In this document: positions 1 through 7,906 of the stretch, in pieces
Position numbering within the stretch: position 1 is the first letter of the stretch
Layout: the number at the start of each line of letters is the position of its first letter
From: a virus
Direction: 5' to 3' (one strand)
Virus record (IMG/VR): IMGVR_UViG_3300025127_000012
Length of the DNA: 64,000 nucleotides
The notes under the pieces: generated by a model
Seen by the model: the letters and a program-made list of their open reading frames with translations, nothing else
The model's database searches: none
What the model was told of the DNA's origin: nothing
Position numbers and translations under genes: made by a program

Positions 1-267
1 ATCTGAGGGTGTTTGCATATTACGAGATATAATATATAAACCTATGTTACATAGGAACCAGAAAGCATTTGTTATCCATGCTTGTCTCCAACAGTATTTA
101 CGGTTGGTCTGTACTATATAGAGATTCCTTTCATTTATTTCGTCAAAGGGTGATAATGGTTTTGCTCTAACAATCTGTTCTAGTATCAAAGATACCACGA
201 ACCCTATCGCAAAAACATAGAAGAGAAGGTTTAGAAACCCAGCACTAGCAAAAAGAAAAGTAATCAT
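1..267 (-). CDS. Hypothetical membrane protein, partial (runs off window start); not in the ORF track
   Basis: ATG at 267 overlaps the gp17 stop (ATGA). Open to base 1: MITFLFASAGFLNLLFYVFAIGFVVSLILEQ...WITNAFWFLCNIGLYIISRNMQTPSD, with two hydrophobic segments. Confidence 0.8.
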   Translation of the reverse strand, partial: MITFLFASAGFLNLLFYVFAIGFVVSLILEQIVRAKPLSPFDEINERNLYIVQTNRKYCWRQAWITNAFWFLCNIGLYIISRNMQTPSD

Positions 268-1913
268 TTGTAATCCCACATGTAAGACATATCGCCATAC
301 TCATCAGTATGCCATACTTGACCCTCATTGTCAATGATGGTTTCCTCCTCTAATCCGTCACTAACAAATCCAAAAGGTGCCATGTCTGCTTCTATCTGAT
401 CTTTCTGCTCCTGATACATTCTCATTCTGACGTCATTGTCATGTAGTTCACGGAAATAATCTGATGTTGCTAACCATGAGAACATAACCAGACACATAGC
501 AAGGTCATCATTACAACCCTCTTCTGCTTCCCATGCCTGACCTCTCTGTATGAATGTAGTCAGTTCTGCAATGATGTCGTAGTCAGATATCAGTAACTTG
601 TCATCTTCTATCAACTGTTTCATATTAGAACATCCTGTCTTCTTGACAGTTGTACTCATCTTGACTCCTAGTTGTACCTTAGTACCAGAGAACCCTTGTC
701 CTACTACCTGTCCTGCACGTCCGCGCATAGATGCCATAAGGATATTGTCATACTCCAAATCAAAGTGCAACATATCCGCAATCTGCCCACCAATATCATT
801 TACCTCCACCAATACATACGCATGGTTATACGCACATGCAACATCATATATGGTATTAGGGAATAGCAGTGGTTTAATTGTGTTATTCCTATATTTTGCT
901 ACTACCTTATATGGTATTGTTGTCGTGTCTATGACACAGAACGCACTATAATCTTTCGTCACACCCCTTGCTACGTCAACAGTTATACAATAATTCTTAT
1001 CTTTTTCTGGTTTCTCATATACATCTAGTCCTTTATTCTTCTGTATAGGTTCATCATACACCATCATCCTTAACTTAGATGCGGAGATAAGAGTATCAAC
1101 AGATCCCAGGAACTCACACTCAAACTCAACTCTAAACTGTTCCTCTGATGTGTTCGCTATGGTTTGCTCTTTCCATACTGCATCTCTACCTGGCACCTGT
1201 GACCAGTGTACCTCTGTGGTAACGTACTCGTTCTTCTTCCTCTCGGCATCATGCCAGAGTTTATAGAACATATTCATACCATGTGGTGTAGATATGATAA
1301 TAACTTTTGTTGATTTACCAGAAGATATAGTAGGATACACAGAACTGAAAAACTGGTCAGCAATGTGATTCGGAATGAACGCGAATTCGTCCAGAAATAT
1401 AATATTAAATGACATACCCCTGACAGCAGAAGCGGAAGTAGAAGCAGCCATGATTTTACTGCCGTTTTCAAGTTCCAGAGAACCTCTGTTCCACTGGTTG
1501 ATTCCTTGTTGCATCCATTTTGGGAGGTTTTCATAACTTAATTGTAGACGTTGTAGCATTTCCCTAGCAGTCGCTGCCTTGTTAGCAAGGATTGCTACGT
1601 TCACATTATCATTAAAGATTACATACCATAACAGATATGATGTAACAACAGTAGACTTACCAGACTGTCTAGGTAACTTAGCAATATTGAATCTATTATC
1701 ATTAAACTTGTTTACCATGTCTTCTTGGAAGTCATACAAGTCAAATGGTATAAGACCTTTATCTAGTGAGACGATTCTAATATACTTCTTAATAAAATAC
1801 ACAGGGTCCTGAGAACATTTGACGAACTCTTTCACCTGTGACGGAGTAAAACTCTGTGCAACGTTTGCTTTTTTTAAATTAGGGTTACCTAGATACTGAT
1901 GTTCAGTCGCCAT
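264..1913 (-). CDS. gp17: Terminase large subunit (T4 gp17 family)
   Basis: N-terminal YLGNPNLK, Walker A PRQSGKST, Walker B IIFLDEFAF, motif III ISTPHG, nuclease motifs TVDVARG and DDLAM. No intein. Confidence 0.98.
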   Translation of the reverse strand: MATEHQYLGNPNLKKANVAQSFTPSQVKEFVKCSQDPVYFIKKYIRIVSLDKGLIPFDLYDFQEDMVNKFNDNRFNIAKLPRQSGKSTVVTSYLLWYVIFNDNVNVAILANKAATAREMLQRLQLSYENLPKWMQQGINQWNRGSLELENGSKIMAASTSASAVRGMSFNIIFLDEFAFIPNHIADQFFSSVYPTISSGKSTKVIIISTPHGMNMFYKLWHDAERKKNEYVTTEVHWSQVPGRDAVWKEQTIANTSEEQFRVEFECEFLGSVDTLISASKLRMMVYDEPIQKNKGLDVYEKPEKDKNYCITVDVARGVTKDYSAFCVIDTTTIPYKVVAKYRNNTIKPLLFPNTIYDVACAYNHAYVLVEVNDIGGQIADMLHFDLEYDNILMASMRGRAGQVVGQGFSGTKVQLGVKMSTTVKKTGCSNMKQLIEDDKLLISDYDIIAELTTFIQRGQAWEAEEGCNDDLAMCLVMFSWLATSDYFRELHDNDVRMRMYQEQKDQIEADMAPFGFVSDGLEEETIIDNEGQVWHTDEYGDMSYMWDYK

Positions 1914-2640
1914 TCATCCACCATTGCCAATTTCTATTAGGTACATCAAATAGAGTATTGTTGATGTAATCATCTGCCCACTCAGGATCGAACCATTGTC
2001 CAAGGACTGCCTTGGTTTTCTTGTTCTGCCTTTGTTGCTTACAATACCAGATTTGATCATCCATTCTCTTCATAGTATTTATCCAGTTCTTATCTCTCTC
2101 AGCACCATATACATGCTCAATGTAGATGTCTAAGTATCTACTAACTAACTCGACAAACATATTCTTCTCTTTGTTGTCTCGTATACGCATGAACTGTACA
2201 TAGTCTGAAAATATATCTGCCCACTCTGGTAACTGTCTTCTTTCTTTAAACTTATATTGACTAGCGATTATATCTAAACCATAGTATATACTACTTGCAT
2301 TATGTACAGGAGAGATATCACATATCGCAGCAGTAACTATCTTCGGTGTTGCAACTATATCAGCACCAAATATAGGTAAGGGGTATTCTGGATTAGGAAA
2401 GAACACACAGTGCATGACCTCAATGTTCTTTGTATATCCAGTTTCTAAATGTACTTTCCTTAGACCCTTACACCTATTCATTTCATTAATAATAAACACA
2501 TCCTCATTTTCTACAATGGGATGTGGATTATCTAATGGTTTAAGTGCGGGTAAAGTTAATATTTTATGTCTAATTAATGAAGAGACTTCATGAACTAGAT
2601 TCCCTGTCAATGTAGTTTTTGATGACTTCGAGTTGGTCAT
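1903..2640 (-). CDS. pcyA: Phycocyanobilin:ferredoxin oxidoreductase (ferredoxin-dependent bilin reductase)
   Basis: RKVHLE...MHCVFFPNPEYPLPIFGADIV...AAICDISP, LPEWADIFS and YCKQQRQNKKT match PcyA. Equivalents of catalytic His74/Glu76, His88 and Asp105 are present. True start may be the TTG at 2610. Confidence 0.9.
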   Translation of the reverse strand: MTNSKSSKTTLTGNLVHEVSSLIRHKILTLPALKPLDNPHPIVENEDVFIINEMNRCKGLRKVHLETGYTKNIEVMHCVFFPNPEYPLPIFGADIVATPKIVTAAICDISPVHNASSIYYGLDIIASQYKFKERRQLPEWADIFSDYVQFMRIRDNKEKNMFVELVSRYLDIYIEHVYGAERDKNWINTMKRMDDQIWYCKQQRQNKKTKAVLGQWFDPEWADDYINNTLFDVPNRNWQWWMNGD

Positions 2641-2815
2641 GGTATTTTGCCACCTGATCTAGTTCAACTTGAATTGCCTCCATGACATCAGAGTGTTCTC
2701 CAATGCCAGCAGGGTTCTCCAAATATATTTCAATGTTTGCTAGGTGTTTTTTAATGTCACCCATAGCATGCGCTTTAAGAGCGTTAAGAATTGTTTTTCT
2801 CATAGATGGTATCAT
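2588..2815 (-). CDS. Conserved T4-like phage hypothetical protein (helical)
   Basis: NIEIYLENPAGIGEHSD motif familiar from T4-like phages; overlaps both neighbours. Confidence 0.8.
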   Translation of the reverse strand: MIPSMRKTILNALKAHAMGDIKKHLANIEIYLENPAGIGEHSDVMEAIQVELDQVAKYHDQLEVIKNYIDRESSS

Positions 2816-3273
2816 TCTATTAACGTTCCTTGACTTCTACGAATCTCTTTAAGAGACTCAAAGTCTTTACGTTTGGTACCACCATCATAGCACCATGCGT
2901 ACCCTTCGTCAATCATCTGTTCATTCAGCGACTTTTCCTCGTCACCCACATATAACCAACCAAGGAGACGACCATACTTACCAACCCCGCCTTTAAGTTC
3001 AGTTCGTATAGTAAGTTCATGTTCTCCATTAATCGTGTCCTCCAATGTTCCTTTCATCCAGTTAGTTGCATCTATACCTAGTTTCTTTTCTTCAAGGTCT
3101 CTCGTTCTTTTCTCAGGAGTATCGATACCCGCTATTCTTACACGTTCGTGTTTGTAAATATCAAATCCTAAGTCTATTACTACATCAATGGTATCACCAT
3201 CAACTACCTTTACTATCTCCGTCACTCGGAAGTTGTAACAACTCTTCCTGCTTGGTGGTGTCATTGCTCCCAT
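2812..3273 (-). CDS. Thermonuclease (staphylococcal nuclease-like)
   Basis: KVVDGDTI, RVRIAGIDTPE, KYGRLLG and LNEQMIDEGYA are canonical SNase motifs. Confidence 0.92.
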   Translation of the reverse strand: MGAMTPPSRKSCYNFRVTEIVKVVDGDTIDVVIDLGFDIYKHERVRIAGIDTPEKRTRDLEEKKLGIDATNWMKGTLEDTINGEHELTIRTELKGGVGKYGRLLGWLYVGDEEKSLNEQMIDEGYAWCYDGGTKRKDFESLKEIRRSQGTLIE

Positions 3274-3376
3274 CGTTCATTTCCTCATAGGCATACTTCA
3301 TTATATAGGCGATAAGAATCGTCACACTTATTACAAGTATGAGAACCATAATGTTAACTGAATGAACTACAACCAT
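3200..3376 (-). CDS. 58-aa single-TM protein; not in the ORF track
   Basis: ATG overlaps the PTOX stop (TAATG). MVVVHSVNIMVLILVISVTILIAYIMKYAYEEMNDGSNDTTKQEELLQLPSDGDSKGS. Fills the 3274-3375 gap and overlaps the nuclease by 74 nt. Confidence 0.7.
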   Translation of the reverse strand: MVVVHSVNIMVLILVISVTILIAYIMKYAYEEMNDGSNDTTKQEELLQLPSDGDSKGS

Positions 3377-3876
3377 TAGATCATAGACATTGCGTGGTGT
3401 AATTCGTGTGCGTGTTTTAGTTCGTCTTCTGCTATCTCTGCTATCTTCTGATCTTCTGGATGATATGCCAAATATTTTATATACGTCTCGAATGCATGCT
3501 TCTCTATCTTCATATTAATATCATAAGCAGCAAGAGGATTAATAAGATAGTACCCAACCATGATCCAATAATATACAAGAACAAGGTGCTTTGCAAAAAA
3601 CCTGTCAATCCAGTGTTCATCACCACCGCGCTTTTCCATTTCTTCAAGATGCTCTGTCTCATTTAGTGCCTGATAAAAGTGTTCCTTCATTAAGTATATG
3701 TGTTCTGGTCCTCTAAGTCCTAACGACTCACGGAAGTGTAGAACAGATATAAAAGAGAAGTAGGGTGCTCTCGCAATAACTTCTAATACCCAGAATCTTT
3801 GGAAGTCTCTACCTCTGTAAAGAAAATCCAAGATGTAGATTGTGGTGTCTAGTACCCAAGTGTTAAATTGTTTCAT
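3376..3876 (-). CDS. ptox: Plastoquinol (plastid) terminal oxidase
   Basis: RFWVLEVIARAPYFSF, NETEHL, IEKHAFETY and DELKH give the di-iron E/ExxH/E/ExxH ligands of the AOX/PTOX family. ATG at 3876 preferred over TTG at 3882. Confidence 0.95.
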   Translation of the reverse strand: MKQFNTWVLDTTIYILDFLYRGRDFQRFWVLEVIARAPYFSFISVLHFRESLGLRGPEHIYLMKEHFYQALNETEHLEEMEKRGGDEHWIDRFFAKHLVLVYYWIMVGYYLINPLAAYDINMKIEKHAFETYIKYLAYHPEDQKIAEIAEDELKHAHELHHAMSMI

Positions 3877-3959
3877 ACCCAAGCATAACGTGAAAATAAA
3901 AGAGCAAGACTAACTGTTCCAAACAAAATACATGATGACCTGATTGGTAAATCTTTCAT
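3873..3959 (-). CDS. 28-aa single-TM micro-protein coupled to PTOX; not in the ORF track
   Basis: MKDLPIRSSCILFGTVSLALLFSRYAWV; its TGA overlaps the PTOX ATG (ATGA). Confidence 0.65.
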   Translation of the reverse strand: MKDLPIRSSCILFGTVSLALLFSRYAWV

Positions 3960-3974
3960 TTAACTTTATTAAAC

Positions 3975-3993
3975 TACCTATATTATATAGGTA
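3975..3993. promoter_or_regulatory. Perfect 8-bp inverted repeat centred on a minus-strand TATAAT, upstream of the micro-ORF/ptox unit
   Basis: tacctata-tta-tataggta; minus strand reads TACCTATATAATATAGGTA, ending 16 nt before ATG 3959. Confidence 0.45.
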
Positions 3994-4000
3994 ATTTTAC

Positions 4001-4366
4001 TTATCCGTGGTTCTGTAACTTCTCTAATTGTGTTGATGCCGACATACTAGGTACGTCATATAAACCATTTGCATCAAACCATGGTGCGGTTTCCCAGTCA
4101 AACCCTTCTCCAAATGTATTATCTGCCTGCTGTACATACCAATGACATTTTGCATCAGGTATATCTACTGCACAAACTGCCCAGTCATCTGTCCATTGTG
4201 GAACCTGTACATACAATACTGGTACATCAGCATATGCAATCTGTGTCATACCTAACATAAAGGCAAGTACGACTGACCATGTAAAAATTCTAGGGATGTG
4301 TCTAACCGACGGAGGGTGACCTTTTCCTCGGTACACCTCCATCACATCGTGATAAGAGTAATTCAT
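4001..4366 (-). CDS. Hypothetical exported protein (signal peptide, Trp/Asp-rich mature part, Cys pair)
   Basis: Basic stretch, hydrophobic IFTWSVVLAFMLGMT, then an AYA-D cleavage motif. Mature part VPQWTDDWAVCAVDIPDAKCHWY. Confidence 0.75.
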   Translation of the reverse strand: MNYSYHDVMEVYRGKGHPPSVRHIPRIFTWSVVLAFMLGMTQIAYADVPVLYVQVPQWTDDWAVCAVDIPDAKCHWYVQQADNTFGEGFDWETAPWFDANGLYDVPSMSASTQLEKLQNHG

Positions 4367-4367
4367 A

Positions 4368-4733
4368 TTAGCAGTTCCACGCTCGTAGTGATTTATTTAT
4401 ACGAGAGTCAGGGTCACGAGCAGTTTTTGCTGATGTAAGTTTTCGTTTCATGCCTTTCATTCTAGCACAAAAACTTGCTCTACGCTTATTACCTTTCTTC
4501 TTGCTTGGTGCTTTTAAGTCAGAACCAGGATTCTCACGTTCGTAAGACTTTCTCCCTTTCTCATTTAAACCACCTTCTTTATTCTGTCCTTCCTTCTTTG
4601 TCCATGCTGCTTCCTTCATCATCTTCTTTTCCTCACAAGTTTTCTCAACACACATCTGACACTTCGGGCAATACTTTTTACCGTCAGGGCAGTTAGATGC
4701 TTCTTGTAGATACTCGTTGAAGGTTAAGATCAT
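4368..4733 (-). CDS. Putative head-internal protein with capsid-targeting-like N-terminus (DUF6321-like C-domain)
   Basis: MILTFNEYLQE resembles the T4 CTS MKTYQEFIAE. Cys-rich peptide, second site MKE/A, then basic AAWTKKEG...GGLNEKGR...RRASFCARM...RINKSLRAWNC. Confidence 0.75.
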   Translation of the reverse strand: MILTFNEYLQEASNCPDGKKYCPKCQMCVEKTCEEKKMMKEAAWTKKEGQNKEGGLNEKGRKSYERENPGSDLKAPSKKKGNKRRASFCARMKGMKRKLTSAKTARDPDSRINKSLRAWNC

Positions 4734-4855
4734 GATCTCTTAGCACAATTCAGTTCGTGTTTTTCCATCCAAGTTCTTGGACGTGCGTGACCTAACGGTG
4801 CAGTTAGTCCACAGTATTGGCATTCATAAACGCCATTGTCATTTCTTTTTGCCAT
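4730..4855 (-). CDS. 41-aa C2HC zinc-finger micro-protein; not in the ORF track
   Basis: MAKRNDNGVYECQYCGLTAPLGHARPRTWMEKHELNCAKRS (C-x2-C-x17-H-x3-C). Stop overlaps the next ATG (ATGA); start overlaps the end of the 684-aa ORF. Confidence 0.75.
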   Translation of the reverse strand: MAKRNDNGVYECQYCGLTAPLGHARPRTWMEKHELNCAKRS

Positions 4856-6893
4856 AGTGATAAGTTGAGTTAGGTTTAGTTTTCTTAGGTAGTTTACCGC
4901 CCCTTACTTTGGTTGCGGATGTTTCACCTTCACCAGAGGGGTTCTTACCTTTCTTTACTTCTTTGCCGAGGTTGTATGACTTGCCAGGTTTCTTAGATTC
5001 AGTGTCATGTAATCTAGCGGGTTTCCCTGCCTTCTTAGTAATCACTGATTCCTGTCCATGCTTACGTCCTAAACGACGTGTAAGTTTTCCAAACTTACGC
5101 TTAGACATTCCCTTGCCAGGACTTGTTTGGTAGGATACTTCTCTACCAGTAGATCCATCATCATACTTGTAACTACCGACTGATTTTTTATAACCAATCC
5201 CTTTCTTTTTAAGATCCTTTTCGAGACTCTTACGACTCTCTCGGTTCTTTTTTTCGTCTGTACCTCTGTCTGCTGCAATACTACCAGTAGTCTGGTTCTT
5301 TGCTTTTGACATCATACGAGCACGATCATTTCCTTCTTTAAGGAAATCAGAGAATGACATTACATCCTCTTTCTGCAACTTTTTCTTTTGCCATGAGTCA
5401 AGTGCTTGGTCAGGACGTTTGCCCTTTGCCATTTCACTCTTCTTATGTGCTTGGAACTTAGCAGCAGAATCTGCTTTCGCTTTCTTATCAGCAGCATTTT
5501 TTGCTGCTTGTTTCGCGACGTTCGCTTTTGCCTTATCCTGTACTGCTTGCAGTTTGGGATTAAGTGCCTCACCCATTATAGCATCCTTTCCGTATTTTTG
5601 TCTAATGTTCGCTTTTACCTTGTCTAATGCATTGCCAGGACGCTTCCATGTGTTGCCTTGACCAGGTGTAGCAACGCTTTTCTTTGCTAATGGTTTGATT
5701 TTACCATCGTCTCTTAGACGATCATATCCTTCTTCTTTTACAACCTTCTTATATTTTGATAGGGTTTTCACACCACGCTTCTCTTTGTGTGCTTTGTGTC
5801 TCTTATCCATTGACACAAGTCTCTCAGCAGGATCAGCAGCATTACCACCCTCACCTGTGTGTCTTACGTTTCTAATAGATGCCTTACCATAGTTAGAACG
5901 ACCACGCTCCTGACTTAATCTCTGGTTGTCACTATCCTTTTGTCTTTCATCTAATACTTCTACTTCTTCCTTTGTTATCTTATCAGTTGCTTTTAATATA
6001 CCAGAATGTCTTTTTGTTACCTTATCTTTGTCACCTTTTACAGCACCTATTGCCATGTCTGTGGATGCTTTCTTAACGTAAGAACCCATTGTCTTCTTAC
6101 TTAACTCATCTAACTGATCTAATGCTTTACTTGACCAATATACTTCTGTGTCTTCTGATCTGTTTAAACTCTTACGATTAGAATGATGACTTGGATCATC
6201 AAATGCAGGGTTACCTGTCTTTCTTGCAACTGGTTTCTTCTTTGTATCTGGTTTTGCTTTCTTTACAAATCCTGCAAACTGCATCTTAGGTTTACCATCA
6301 CCTTTGTAGAGACCGTATGATGTACCTTCATGTGTAAATTTCATACCCTTAGTTGCTTTGTCTTTAAGTGCTTCACGTTTTTTAGGATCCATGTTCTTTT
6401 CGTAATCTGCTAATTTAGCAGCAAACTTTTTGTTATCCATTTTCTTGATAACTTTTCTGTCTGCTTTGTTAGGTCCTGTATATGAGGTGCTCCCAGTAAC
6501 AGCACCACCGCCTGCTGCTGTACCTATTGCTGCCTCTTCGACACCTTGCATTTTACCTCTCCTGTTAGTTTGAGCGACACCTTGTGGTAGACCTGTATTA
6601 CCTGTGCCGATTTTGTCGTTCTTCTTACGAAGTCTTTTTAGTTTAGCAAAGGTGTTCATAAACTCTGCTGATGATCTAAAATCAGAATTACCTACATGCT
6701 CTACTGATTCTTTTTTCACTTTCTTTTCTGGTAATCCTTTATGTTTAGTTGATGCAAACTTCTTTGCATCTTTCATTTTTATGCTGGAAGCAACTCTGGC
6801 AACCTCAGATGAGGGAGCTTGCGTCGAATTCCCTTTTTGAAACGCTCTAACCATCCCGAAGAACCTTTGTTGTTTCTTTGAGACTGCGGGCAT
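4839..6893 (-). CDS. Basic head-internal polyprotein: DUF3008-like N-terminus, multiple Glu-terminated linkers, C-terminal SAM-lyase-like domain
   Basis: Lys-rich 50-80 aa blocks separated by hydrophobic-x-E linkers; internal CTS-like MSFSDFLKE; C-terminal AADRG..N..R..L..G..GSY..E.S..LG.K.GQESVI. Confidence 0.7.
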   Translation of the reverse strand: MPAVSKKQQRFFGMVRAFQKGNSTQAPSSEVARVASSIKMKDAKKFASTKHKGLPEKKVKKESVEHVGNSDFRSSAEFMNTFAKLKRLRKKNDKIGTGNTGLPQGVAQTNRRGKMQGVEEAAIGTAAGGGAVTGSTSYTGPNKADRKVIKKMDNKKFAAKLADYEKNMDPKKREALKDKATKGMKFTHEGTSYGLYKGDGKPKMQFAGFVKKAKPDTKKKPVARKTGNPAFDDPSHHSNRKSLNRSEDTEVYWSSKALDQLDELSKKTMGSYVKKASTDMAIGAVKGDKDKVTKRHSGILKATDKITKEEVEVLDERQKDSDNQRLSQERGRSNYGKASIRNVRHTGEGGNAADPAERLVSMDKRHKAHKEKRGVKTLSKYKKVVKEEGYDRLRDDGKIKPLAKKSVATPGQGNTWKRPGNALDKVKANIRQKYGKDAIMGEALNPKLQAVQDKAKANVAKQAAKNAADKKAKADSAAKFQAHKKSEMAKGKRPDQALDSWQKKKLQKEDVMSFSDFLKEGNDRARMMSKAKNQTTGSIAADRGTDEKKNRESRKSLEKDLKKKGIGYKKSVGSYKYDDGSTGREVSYQTSPGKGMSKRKFGKLTRRLGRKHGQESVITKKAGKPARLHDTESKKPGKSYNLGKEVKKGKNPSGEGETSATKVRGGKLPKKTKPNSTYHYGKKK

Positions 6894-7433
6894 TTATCCT
6901 CCGACAATTTGAACTTGCTCGACAACAACTGCGTTAGAACCAGCGACAAGTTTTGCAACTCGTTGTATGACTGGCACAGTTCCTGCTGTTGCATCTGCTG
7001 CACTAAGAGTGTATGCAGATCCTGCTCCTGATGCGTCATAGTCTGTTGTAATAGTAGAACCAGTGACTGCGGTAACTTTCTTTCCAGATGCTGCTGCGGA
7101 TTCAAAGTCAGATGTAAATCCATCTGTGTCTCCACCATCAATAGTCTGGACAAAATCACCAACACTGAATGTATGGCGACCACCACCTGAGAAACCTTCT
7201 GCTGTTACTACCATAGTAGCAGCGTTGGTTGCAGCAGCGATCTTTGCGGTTTTAACTTTACCACAGGAAACTAACAATGCTTCTCCTGCTGCCAAAGTTA
7301 TAGCGGGACCACCGTCTATCGCTAACGTTGACGCGGATGCTGCATAGCATCTAAGCACACCACTTTTTACCACGATATAGCTTGTGCCACTTCCTGATAC
7401 TGTTTGGGTGTCAATTACATTTAATACTGACAT
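6894..7433 (-). CDS. Probable virion structural protein (Ala/Gly/Thr-rich beta protein)
   Basis: Composition typical of cyanophage structural proteins; AGGAG RBS at 7446-7450; directly behind a late promoter. Confidence 0.6.
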   Translation of the reverse strand: MSVLNVIDTQTVSGSGTSYIVVKSGVLRCYAASASTLAIDGGPAITLAAGEALLVSCGKVKTAKIAAATNAATMVVTAEGFSGGGRHTFSVGDFVQTIDGGDTDGFTSDFESAAASGKKVTAVTGSTITTDYDASGAGSAYTLSAADATAGTVPVIQRVAKLVAGSNAVVVEQVQIVGG

Positions 7434-7456
7434 TGGGTAAAAATTCTCCTACTATG

Positions 7457-7906
7457 TTATTTATCCTTTTCTTGCTTTAAGAATTTTGCAAGATCAGCAG
7501 TGCTACCAACGAACATGGTATTGTTAGTGACTTCTGTTTGTTTTCCTTTGCCTGGATTTTCTATTTCATTGACCTTCTTTTGTAGATCAACTAACTTGTC
7601 TGCCACGTCACCAACATGCTTTATGAGTTGTCCTGCAACTTCATATGCTCTTGGTTGATCAGACTCCTGTGCAAGTTCTAAAATACCATCTACTGCTTCT
7701 TGTCCTTTATCAATTAGTGTGTACAAGTTGCCTCTGGTATACTCATAATCTTTTTTAAGTTGTTGTTTATCTGATATATCTGCACTAGGTTCCACCTTCT
7801 TAATAGAAGTGTCTGTCTGCATAATTTCAGTCTTGACATCGAGGGCATCCTCGATACCAGCAAACTTACTCGTCTGCTCCTGTGGTTGGGTTTCTTGATT
7901 TTCCAT
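7457..7906 (-). CDS. gp16: Terminase small subunit
   Basis: KDYEYTRGNLY, ESDQPRAYEVAGQLIK, NNTMFVGSTADL; follows gp15. Start set at ATG 7906 rather than 7948. Confidence 0.95.
   Translation of the reverse strand: MENQETQPQEQTSKFAGIEDALDVKTEIMQTDTSIKKVEPSADISDKQQLKKDYEYTRGNLYTLIDKGQEAVDGILELAQESDQPRAYEVAGQLIKHVGDVADKLVDLQKKVNEIENPGKGKQTEVTNNTMFVGSTADLAKFLKQEKDK
7458..7465 (-). promoter_or_regulatory. T4-type late promoter (GATAAATA) heading the gp16-gp17 island
   Basis: 7/8 match to TATAAATA, overlapping the gp16 stop and upstream of the RBS of the 179-aa gene. Confidence 0.7.

Noticed and set aside
264-1913. Intein or intron in the terminase
   Set aside because: Normal length with contiguous motifs.
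1903-2640. pebS or pcyX assignment
   Set aside because: HLE, HCV.FP and GADIV motifs fit PcyA, including the Glu76 equivalent.
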